From Octopus vulgaris (taxonomy: Eukaryota), in contig OX597819.1 of assembly GCA_951406725.2 (NCBI GenBank), forward strand, positions 126,294,001 to 126,358,000: 64,000 nt of DNA, written 5' to 3'. Below, one piece after another: positions 53,116-64,000 of this stretch (the stretch's first letter is position 1; each line of letters opens with the position of its first letter). Position numbers and translations under genes: made by a program. A model generated the notes under the pieces. That model did no database searches. It was not told where the DNA came from and worked only from the letters and a program-made list of their open reading frames with translations.

Positions 53116-54328
53116 TTCTGATGACAGAGTTTCTCACTAGCAGCGTTTAACTCCTATATTTCTCATTTTCTTTTCGTTTTTTTTCAATACTTTTCTATTT
53201 CTTTTAACATTTCTGATTAGTAAAATTTTAATTAACTATTTGTTTCATAAACAAGGTAATAATGTGCTTTCTTTTTCTAATGTTAGCTGAGCAACCTACA
53301 TCTTGAAATCGTAATTTTAGGAATGAAAGAACATTTTATTTAGAATACAAATATATTTAGAATAGATTTCAATTGGGATATTATCCAGTAGTAACATGTG
53401 TATTATATTCAATGCAGATACATCACAAAGAAGCCTTATTAACGGCAGTATTTGTCGTGCGATAGTATCTCTTATAAACGTACAGTATCAAATAACACAA
53501 AAATATATCAGTAGCAGACGAAAAATGTTCAGAAGTGGTGATGGTGTTACCAGATACACGTTTCTGCCTGTCTGGGCTTCATCAGTAGCAAGTAGCTACT
53601 GGCAACCGCTTGTGAAAGCAAAATCCGTTGTCACTGATACAGGAAAACAGTGATTGAAAAATCACTGATGTTACAAGTGTCCAATAGTTTATATATTTAT
53701 ATATTTATCCTTCTTGTGTTCGAGATAATATTTTTTACTATCATCGCTGATTTGCAGCCAATAATGGCCACCTCGTCGGATGAGTATTCACTGCTGATAC
53801 ATTTGTTACGTGTATTGTATTTACAAGAATATACTGTTTGCTTTCACCTTCGTACCAATCTGTTATACCATTACAACTTTATTTTTTAGGAATAAATTCC
53901 CATTTCATACTTAAATCTCCTAACATATGTTAACATATTTAACATATGTTGCCTGTTGATGTTGCTGGCCTTATGTGAAACGATTTATTTGAAAAGAAAA
54001 CTCATCCAAGTATGATTTTAATGTCTTCACACAGTTAATAAAATGCTTAGAGGGTGTTTCTTCATATTAAACAATTATATAACTATTATGGAGGTCATAA
54101 CTCTAGCAAAAAGTTTCTTTCTTTTATTTTAATTTTTAAAAAAATCCTACTTTTAATGATTTCACTCATTGGATTGTAGCAATACTGCAATACATTTTTC
54201 AGGAACCGTTTACCATTATCCATTCAGCTTCGTAAGATTTGTAAGATTCATCGGTCGATCTACGTATAGAGGAGTATAACTAGCATGAAGTATATTTGTT
54301 CGATGCATCATATACTATATAATATGTA

Positions 54329-54366
<38 letters not shown>

Positions 54367-54836
54367 CTTTGTATAATATTTTAAGTTGGAATACAACGCT
54401 TCTTGCATCAGGCAATCTCGGAAGTGTGAAAGTGAAGTGTTTTCAGCTGGCAAAAAGCGTGCAAAACTCAGCAATAAGTTTTAAATAATCTTTTCTCTCC
54501 TTTGTACTCTACGGTACATACATACACAAGCATACATACCTGCATAAATACATGCACATACTTGGGCATGTGTATATAAAAATGCATATATACAGTTTCA
54601 GAACGCTTTGGACAAATGGAACAAGTAAATTCCACCTTCAGCTTTCTGTATGATATAAAATCTTTGCAATATAAAGTAATGGAATTTTGCATAAAACTTG
54701 AGTCTGCCCTGCAGGTTGGAGAGCCAAAGGATACTGATGCTAAAGATTTGTCTAATGGATGAATGTTATATGAAGACTTGAAAAATCCTATGGTCCTCTG
54801 AAAGTGCTTGAGCTGCTTTGCAAGCAGCAACAAAGA

Positions 54837-55217
54837 GTGGAGGCGCAATGGCCCAATGGTTAAGACAGCGGACTCGCGGTCGGAGGATCGCGGTTTCGAT
54901 TCCCAGACCGGGTGTTGTGTGTGTTTATTGAGCGAAAACACCTAAAGTTCCACGGGGCTCCGGCAGGGGTGCTGGCGACCCCTGTTGTATTCTTTCGCTC
55001 CAACTTTCTCTCACTCTTTCTTCCTGTTTCTTGTCCCCGACTTCCTACGCAACCGCTGAGCCTGGATGCGCATTCATCCATCTGTCATGCTCTCGGTGTC
55101 GGGGGTTGACCTGCTTTCTCTTCTGCGGGTCTTACGAATAGCAAAGGACCACGTTTCGGACTTCTCCCATCTTGCGAGCTCTGAGACGAAGACCGTTCGC
55201 TCAACAGCAACAATAAC
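54837..55217 (+). mobile_element. SINE-A + tail type 1
   Basis: Flanked by AGCAGCAA(C/T)AAAGAG direct repeat; interrupts the hAT frame. Confidence 0.92.
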
Positions 55218-55686
55218 AGCAGCAATAAAGAGATCGCTTTCCAAATTTGTACATCGCTCTCGGAATCCTGCTAACCTTACCAGTAAGTGTCGCAAGCAGA
55301 GAGCGTAGTTTTTCAAAACTGAAATTAATAAAGACATATCTAAGAACTTCAATGGCCCAAGAGAGGTTCACCGGACAAACTACGATTTCTAGAGAACATA
55401 AAATTTGAATAAAACTTCCACTCCCAAAGATTGTAAAAGATTTTGCAAGCCAGAAAGCTGGCAAAATTAGCTGTTAAGTACTAAGAGTAAAAAACAACAG
55501 TATTTAAATATTTCAACAACCAATAATAATAATAAAAAAAAAACTTTGAGTCAAATCCAATCAAAGAAGGAGAATACAGACAAGGGCTTGGTGAACTACT
55601 GTTTGGTTACCATATTTGTTTGCATCCGATTAGTAAAATATTAAATTTTTAATACATTATGTTTATTAGTTATGTATTTTTCCATT

Positions 55687-56205
55687 GTGGAGGAGCAATG
55701 GCCCAGTGGTTAGGGCAGCGGACTCGCGGTCGTAGGATCGCGGTTTCGATTCTCAGACCGGGCATTGTGAGTGTTTATTGAACGAAAACACCTAAAGCTC
55801 CACGAGGCTCCGGTAGGGGGTGGTGGCGACCCCTGCTGTACTCTTTCACCACAACTTTCTCTCATACTTTCTTCTTGTTTCTGTTGTACCTGTATTTCAA
55901 AAAAGGGCCAGCCTTGTCACACACTGTGTCACGCTGAATCTCCCCGAGGACTACGTTAAGGGTACACGTGTCAGTGGAGTGCTCAGCCAGTTGCACGTTA
56001 ATAAACGAGCTACGACGTCACTGGTGCCCAAGCTGTATCGGCCTTTGCCTTTCTCTTGGATAACACTGGTGGCGTGGAGAGGGGAGGCTGGTATGCGTGG
56101 GCAACTGCTGGTCTTCCATAAACAACCTTGCTCAGACTTGTGCCTCGGAGGGTAACTTTATAGGTGCAATCCCATGGTCAGTCATGACCGAGGAGGTCAC
56201 AACAA
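55687..56205 (+). mobile_element. SINE-A + type-2 middle + a different terminal module (type 5)
   Basis: Matches 22537-22910 up to CACGTTAAT (~56002), then ~200 bp unrelated; ATTTTT(T/C)CATT-like flanks. Confidence 0.8.
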
Positions 56206-56519
56206 ATTTTTTCATTAATTTTTAAGAAATAAATTAAAAATTTTCCTTTATAAGTGACTTCAAATTGGTCCTATGTTTATTCATATTTCTAAAAACTTTC
56301 TTGGGAAAATCCGCAGCTTGTTGGGCTTGCTTCGCTTGACCCCGCCCCCTTGTAGAGGGGTCGTTAAAAATTTGATTCGCTTACGGCGTCAGTTACCCTA
56401 GGGCTAACCTCTCTCTCCTCAAATTTGCTGGCTCTGTGATTAAATTAGAAAATAATTATTAGAACTACCATCAGCCGTTGTAGTAACTGATGATCATGAT
56501 GGATTCTCAGTCAATTCCG

Positions 56520-56552
<33 letters not shown>

Positions 56553-56554
<2 letters not shown>

Positions 56555-56862
56555 TTTGATACTTTGATAGGTTTCGGCCATTATTGGTCCAGGCCATGTC
56601 TAACTTAATAGCACCACCTGGTGAAGTCTTTCAAGTCAGAATTTGGGCACTATGGCCCACTCAAGTAGAGAGTTATTGTTTACAGAGACATATCCGGGTG
56701 TAGGGGGTTTATCCGGGATTTCTTGAAGGAATCTGTCCAAAGACTTCTTGAACCCTATAGGGTCTGGTTCTGTTTTAATGTGTTTTGGTGTAATGTTAAA
56801 GAGAACGGGGCCAATTGAGGTGAAATAATTGTGCCGTATTGTTGTTATGAGATGAGAGTGCG

Positions 56863-56865
<3 letters not shown>
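56553..56865 (-). mobile_element. CR1-like LINE 3' end in (TA)n
   Basis: Homologous to 11777-12070; FKKSLDRFLQEIPDKPPTPGY. Confidence 0.88.
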
Positions 56866-56917
<52 letters not shown>

Positions 56918-57177
56918 CTGTGTATTCCACAGGCACATGTATACACATTGGATTATTATTTTCAGGTTGGATCAGCCTGGCAAAATATATGACACCTGAA
57001 TTACACGTACAATCCTTTGGAAGCATCTGTAAAACGCTGCTGCCTTCTCTCCCCATTCACTTCACAAGGCTCGAGGGTCGATCCGAGACTATGGGGAAAG
57101 ATGTTTTCTTTTGAAACCACGGGCTGAGATGGAACTCGGAATTTCATGACTGCAAAGCGAGCTTTTTAAGAACTACA

Positions 57178-57260
57178 AGTAGTAGTAGTTGTAGTAGTAG
57201 TAGTAGTAGTAGTAGGAGGAGGAGGAGGAGGAGGAGTGGTAGTGGTAGTAGTAGTTGAAG

Positions 57261-57302
<42 letters not shown>

Positions 57303-57305
57303 CGG

Positions 57306-57360
<55 letters not shown>

Positions 57361-57447
57361 TGCAGCAGCATCAGTAGTAGTATTAGTAACAGCAGCGGAA
57401 GCAGCAGTAGCTATAGCAGTGGCAATAATAGTAGTAGTAGTAGTAGT
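57178..57447. repeat. (AGT)n/(AGG)n microsatellite
   Basis: Direct inspection. Confidence 0.95.
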
Positions 57448-57799
57448 TTTTGTTAGTTCTGTTGAAGGTGTTTTACAGGTCCAGGTCAACCCTGATAGCG
57501 CAGGCTCACGATCAAATGTAATCCGGCAATGATAATCCTAATTTTTTTACCGGTTTCTGTTATTACGTAAGGGAGCGCTTAAAGGAAAATTTGGCTGCTA
57601 TTTCCAACAGGTCGAACGACCACAAAGAAGATCCTTCAGTGGGAGGGAATGGTTGTAGAAGTCGAATCGATAGCATTGCTATATTGTGTTGTTTTGGTTG
57701 ACAGCATGTCAGCCCTGCTCAGAGGTTCCAGATATGACCATCCCATCTTTCATTCAGTCCACCTCCAAAAACTACTGAAATTTATCTATCTTTATCTTC

Positions 57800-58590
57800 A
57801 TCTTTTATTTGTTTCAGTCATTAGACTGCGGCCATGCGGGAGCATCACCTTGAAGATTTTTTTTAGTGGAATGAATCGACCCCAGTTGTTTTTAAGTCTG
57901 TTACTTATATTATCGGTTTCTTTTGCCGAACTGCTAAGTTACAGGGACGTAAGCACACCAGCACCGGTTATCAAGCAGTAGTGGGGACAAACACAGATAT
58001 AGGGACACACACACACACACACACATATACGACAGGCTTCTTTCAGTTTCTGTCTATCAAATCCACTCACAATGCTTTGGTCGGCCCAAGGCTTTTGCAG
58101 AAGACACTTGCCCATGGTCCCACTCGATGGGACTGAACTCAGAACCAAGTGGTTGGAAAGCAAGCTTCTAATTTCTTTATTGCCCACAAGGGACTAAACA
58201 TAGAAGGGACAAACAAGGACAGATAAACGAGTTAAGTCGATTACATCGACCTCCAGTGCGTAACTGGTACTTATATAATCGACCCCGAAAGGATGAAAGG
58301 CAAAGTTGACCTCGGTGGAATTTGAACTCAGAACGTAAAGACAGACGAAATACTTACTTCTTTTTCTTTACTACCCACAAGGGGCTAAACACAGAGGGGA
58401 CAAACAAGGACAGACAAGGGGATTAAGTCGATTACATTGACCCCAGTGCGTAACTGGTACTTAATTTATCGAGCACGAAAGGATGAAAGGCAAAGTCGAC
58501 CTCGGCGGAATTTGAACTCAGAACGTAGCGGCAGACGATATACCATGTGGTTGGGAAGCAAGTTTCTTGGCACACAACCACGCCTGAGCT
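57800..58590 (-). mobile_element. SINE-C interrupted by a headless SINE-B dimer (58171-58544)
   Basis: ACCA(A/T)GTGGTTGG(A/G)AAGCAAG(C/T)TTCT duplicated on both sides of the insert. Confidence 0.85.
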
Positions 58591-58911
58591 TGTAGTTATT
58601 TATTTATTTATTTATTTATCAAATTACTTATTGAGATGGGAAGGTAATCGCTATGACCCTTTTCAGGGTCTCCGAGCACGGTGCGAATGAAGAGGAACCT
58701 GTTCGAATGCTTATATCAAAGTGGCTTCTATCAAAGGCGGCGTCACTAAAGGAGTAGATGGTGGTGGTGGTGGTGGTTTACGACAAGGTGACGGTTTAAC
58801 TTCCACGCTTGTAGACCATGGTGGGATTTGAAACAAATATCGTATTGTATCCCATGGGACGCTCCAATGATTCCGCTATTCCACCGCATAAGACAGGCCC
58901 GCTTATTTTCA

Positions 58912-59125
58912 AAGGCGGCGAGCTGGCAGAATCGTTAGCACGCTAGACGAAATGCTTAGCAGTATTTCGTCTGTCTTTACGTTCTGAGTTCAAATTCCGC
59001 CAAGGTCGACTTTGCCTTTCATCCTTTCGGTGTCGATAAATTAAGTACCAGTTACGTACTGGGATCGATCAAATCGATTGGCCCTCTCCCACCAAATTTC
59101 AGGTCTTGTGCCTATAGTAGAAAGG
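58912..59125 (+). mobile_element. SINE-B (tail variant 2)
   Basis: AAGGCGGCGAGCTGGCAGAATCG..CAGGTCTTGTGCCTATAGTAGAAAGG. Confidence 0.9.
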
Positions 59126-59637
59126 GTTTATCAACAACCGAAGGATAAAACGCAAAGTGACCCCAACAAATAACTGATATTCGAAGGGGGTGGGGAAGAG
59201 AAAAGGGCAAAATATATTCGGTAAGACTCTTTGTCAGAAGCTGTAACAACTCTGCCAATTGTTTGAATTAGCAGAGAGATTTGCAGATTTAGCTGCTGTT
59301 TCTAGCAAATGGGGTAGGCAGTGGCAAGTATATGAGTCGAATCAACAGGTTTCAGTTGTGGTGGCGAGGTTGATACTATCGCTGTTACGTGGTGGCAGTA
59401 GTCGTTATAATATTTGGAGTAGTAATAGTATGAGTAGTGATTATCGTAGTGGTAGCATTTACTGTTCAGTCGATAGGTGTGGTAAAGTTTGCTACGACGA
59501 GTATTGATTATACAATTGCTAATTGTGAGTGTGTGTGTGTGTGATAGATGCGTGGATGTTTGGATATATATGTGTGCGGGCGACTGGATGGTAGGAAGAT
59601 TCGCTGTCTAGATAAACAAACGTGTCCATGTCCATGT

Positions 59638-59638
59638 A

Positions 59639-59713
<75 letters not shown>

Positions 59714-59736
59714 TTACCTATCTATATATCTACCTA

Positions 59737-59787
<51 letters not shown>

Positions 59788-59793
59788 CCTATC

Positions 59794-59854
<61 letters not shown>

Positions 59855-59929
59855 TTACCTATCTATATATCTACCTATCTATCTACCTATTTCTCTCTCT
59901 TTCTCTCTCTCTCTCTCTCTATTTAAATC

Positions 59930-60000
<71 letters not shown>

Positions 60001-60005
60001 CTATC
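59638..60005. repeat. (TCTA)n/(TC)n compound microsatellite with internal duplication
   Basis: Direct inspection. Confidence 0.95.
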
Positions 60006-60674
60006 TGTCAGTCTGGATGTCTGTCCGTTGTGTATGTGTCTGTGTGTAGTGTGAGTGTATGTATTTATATATATGTCTAGTTTTGCCTTTCGTTGTATTG
60101 AGAGATTGTCGGCGCAGGCTGTCTGACTGCGGTTTGTTATATGTCACATGGCGTGCTGTTCCCGCCCCTTTGCTACCTACGTACAAATATCAGTCAGTCG
60201 AATGGCGGCCCTTTGATTTTAGGCACCAATTTATTCAACAGTAGTAATAGTACTAACAACTTTGGGATTTGTTTTTGAAGTCGGGAGCAATATAATGTGT
60301 ATTTGTGCGGCGTGAGTGTATATTATGTACGTGTGTATGTGTCTATGTGTTTCTGCATGCGCGCATAAATACATATATCCATGAATACATTTATGTATAA
60401 ATGTATATACATATATATTTACACACACACACAGACATGTACACGCGCGCGCACACACACACACGTACATACAAATGTTCGCGAAGACTATAACGATATG
60501 ATAGAAAACATTCAAAAATTCACGCATACACAAAAGCATAATATACATACATACACTAGTTGTTTGCAAACACAAACACCCATGTACACATATATGCATA
60601 CATTTATTTATAAACAAACATACACGTATCTCTCTCTCTGTTTCTCTCTTTTTCTCTCTATCTATCTAAATCTA

Positions 60675-60747
<73 letters not shown>

Positions 60748-60748
60748 G

Positions 60749-60823
<75 letters not shown>

Positions 60824-60906
60824 ATACATTTATTTATAAACAAACATACATGTATCTCTCTCTTTTTCTCTCTTTGTCTCTCTATCTATCTATCTAAATC
60901 TATATC

Positions 60907-60937
<31 letters not shown>

Positions 60938-61019
60938 GGTTACATGCATATCTATATACATAGATATATATATACATCCAAATTATATGTAGACAAATTG
61001 GATATACACACATGCGTGC

Positions 61020-61353
61020 ATGTCTGTATGCGTGTATGTATACATGTATGTATGCATGTTTGTATACATGTATGTATGCATGTTTGTATGTATGTATGTA
61101 TGTATGTATGTATGTATGTATGTAGTACTTACGTACGTACGTATGTATGCATGTATGTATGTATGCGTGTATGTATGTATGTATGTATGTATGTATGTAT
61201 GTATGTATGTATGTATGTATGTATGTGTATGTATGTATGTATGTATGTATGTATGTATGTATGTATGTATGCTGTATGTATGTATGTATGTATGTATGTA
61301 TGTATGTATGTATGTATGTATGTATGTATGTATGTATGTATGCGTGTATGTAC

Positions 61354-61402
<49 letters not shown>

Positions 61403-61475
61403 ACTTACATACGTATGTATGTATGTATGTATGTATGTATGTATGTATGTATGTATGTATGTATGTATGTATGTC
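61020..61475. repeat. (TATG)n/(TA)n microsatellite
   Basis: Direct inspection. Confidence 0.95.
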
Positions 61476-61819
61476 TACTCTTGTCTCTTAATTTGTCTAC
61501 TCCTAACCTGTGTGCAACATAGATTTATTGCTGCTTCATGGCTCACTTTTTCTGGAGATAGTTGCAGGTGTTTTCTTACCTGTGACATGTCGCAATGGTA
61601 TGCCTCGGTTGTGACCTGCTTTCTCATCCTATGTATTTATGCATTGTTATTACAACACCTTTAACTGCACGACAGACACGAATGAGACGATGAAGACGAC
61701 CACGCAGGCTCCCCGACACACTGACACACACGCATGACCTCTATACATTACATGCATACATACATACATACATACATACATACATACATACATGCATAGA
61801 TGCATACATACATACATAC

Positions 61820-61855
<36 letters not shown>

Positions 61856-61982
61856 CATTCAACTCCCCTGTTCAAAGAGTCTCTGGACAACTGTAGCGAC
61901 TATGTATAAAACTATTTTACAACTGTTTGTTTTTTACATGGCTTAAGCATATTGTGCTCTTCTCCTGCCAATAAATTTAATT

Positions 61983-62020
<38 letters not shown>

Positions 62021-62197
62021 ACTATATATGTACATATATGTGTGCATGTATGTGTGGTTGTGTGTATAGGTATATATGTATATATACATATATATGTACA
62101 TGTATGTGTGTATACATGCGTATATATATATGTAGATATACATACAGACATATATATATATATGTATGTATGTATATAAACATATATATGTGTATGC

Positions 62198-62277
<80 letters not shown>

Positions 62278-62843
62278 GTGTATATATAATCATGGATTTA
62301 TATAGATAACACCATACAAAATTCTGGTGCATCTAACTTAAGTACCATATTCAGTTGAATCTAAATTTTGCTGAACCTATATATATATACAGATGGATAG
62401 ACGGATATATAGATAGATAAATAGATAGATAAAGAGATAAATAGATAGATATATAGGGACGTAGACAGGTAGATATATAAATAAATAGAAGGAGGGACAC
62501 ACAGATGGACAGACAATAAAGAAAGATATGTACATATATATATATATATAAACGTCTATTAGTGTGTTGCGTTCCGTTACTTGGTAACAGAAAAAATGCA
62601 TTGTAAACAATCAGCAGATTAAAAACGTATAAAACACAAAGGCTCCCTAATTCTTCACCAGAATGGAAATACTCAGTTTCGCGCCCTTCATGACAAGAAT
62701 GATGGGCTTCCAATTCCGGCGATGCCTGCGAAAAAAATAGCGAATCGAGGTGTAACCAAACAAATCAAAACAACACAGAGCAGACTTACGAAAGTAAAAA
62801 AAAAAATATGTAATTTAAGACGATGAGCAAAGAAAGAAAGACT

Positions 62844-62886
<43 letters not shown>

Positions 62887-62892
<6 letters not shown>

Positions 62893-63191
62893 AATCACGT
62901 GACCGACCAGACCTTCAGATGTTTTACACATCGCTGGTCACAATGCGTTCGCATTGTTTTAGCCTTTGAATGACGCCACCCCGCTGGCTAAGCGAGCAGG
63001 CCAACAGAAGAAAGAGTGGGAGAAAGAGTGGTGAAAGAGTACAGCAGGGATCACCACCCCCTGCCGGAGCCTCGTGGAGCTTTTAGGTGTTTTCGCTCAA
63101 TAAACACTCACAACGCCTGGTCTGGGAATCGAAACCGCGATCCTACGACCGCGAGTCCGCTGCCCTAACCACTAGGCCATTGCGCCTCCAC
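62887..63191 (-). mobile_element. SINE-A + tail type 3
   Basis: Collinear with 2403-2703. Confidence 0.9.
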
Positions 63192-63318
63192 ACACACATA
63201 TATATATATATATATGTGTGTGTGCGTGTGTGTGCGTTTGTGCGCGTGTGTGTGTGCGTGCGTGTGTTTGTGTGTGTGTGTGCACACACATACACACAAA
63301 CACATACACACAAACACG

Positions 63319-63350
<32 letters not shown>

Positions 63351-63492
63351 GGGACAGTTTACGAAAACAACAAAAGACGAAGACAGGTAGTGTACAAAAC
63401 AAACAGATGTATTAGTATAACTCTCAGGAATAGAAAAGGTCTTTTACGTTTCGAGCCTAATATATATAGATCTAGATAGCGTTTTTCCGATG

Positions 63493-63562
63493 GCCAGATA
63501 GCTGAATGGATGGTGGTGTGGATTTCCACCTCGGCATCCGAAACTCAGAGTTTTATCTTGGC
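63493..63562 (+). ncRNA. Degenerate hammerhead-like motif
   Basis: gccagatag CTGAatg gatg..gtgga-tt-tccacctcggcatcc GAAAC tcaga GTT ttatcttggc; resembles the 6179 motif. Confidence 0.4.
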
Positions 63563-64000
63563 TACCGTATAATTGTCACATATTACATTTACAGATATAT
63601 ATATATATATATATATATTACGGAGATGTACTTGCATAGCAAGTGACCTGATCTGAGATCGTGTGCTGGAACGAAAACAATTGCAACGTAGAAGGTGTTT
63701 ATAAGCCATTTAAGAAACACACAAAATCCGTTAGATTCACTTCAACATTTAAATTTAATTTGTCAAAATATTTTTGTCGCTTTAAGACCGCGACCTGTTC
63801 ACTGACAAAATTCCGTGCTGCATAAGGGTACACCAAGCACATGCATCACAACCATATGTGTGCGACATGGTGATCTCACATCAAGATAAACAGCTCATGA
63901 ACTTGCATGTGGGCCCTGTTAGAATTTTCTTCAGGTTGAGTAGCCTATCCGGCTGAAAAGCTCCCTGAATAAGGGTTGTTTAAGGATGTTAAACAAAAGA

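Larger units (their letters stand above)
54595..56410 (+). mobile_element. hAT transposase remnant (C-terminal dimerisation domain) and 3' end, with two SINE-A insertions
   Basis: FPNLYIALGILLTLPVSVASRERSFSKLKLIKTYLRTSMAQER at ~55238-55370; RFGQMEQVNSTFSFLYDI upstream; 3' boundary tentative. Confidence 0.8.

Noticed and set aside
62662-62749. Possible 88-bp internal exon (CAG|..NGNTQFRALHDKNDGLPIPAMPAKKIANR..|GT)
   Set aside because: Weak donor (GTGTAA), short pyrimidine tract, unrecognised peptide; would need RNA-seq support
63755-63812. Hammerhead-like fold on the minus strand
   Set aside because: Stems are present but both core boxes deviate (GTGAACA; AAAAA); too degenerate to call

Overview
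AT-rich, extremely repeat-dense eukaryotic DNA with no intact protein-coding gene. The long ORFs in the track are almost all microsatellite translations. The repeat content (three tRNA-headed SINE groups, very long TA/CA/TATG/ATT/TCTA microsatellites, Dong/R4, RTE, CR1 and Penelope retroelement fragments, mariner/Tc3-like, hAT and Helitron remnants) resembles an octopus/coleoid cephalopod gene desert or giant intron; the taxon is my inference. Most notable: (i) about eight type-I hammerhead ribozyme motifs, most partly decayed, with palindromic stem III; two are followed by a ~150-nt multi-hairpin module whose structure is conserved while its sequence has diverged; (ii) a 119-bp minisatellite made of Penelope RT coding sequence at an inversion junction; (iii) a tRNA-SINE head fused to five different 3' modules; (iv) a SINE present as monomers, dimers and a trimer with a fixed junction; (v) a ~770-bp fold-back duplication of one SINE copy; (vi) Dong/R4 modules bounded by (TAA)n. 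All alignments and folds were done by eye; coordinates are approximate to a few bases.
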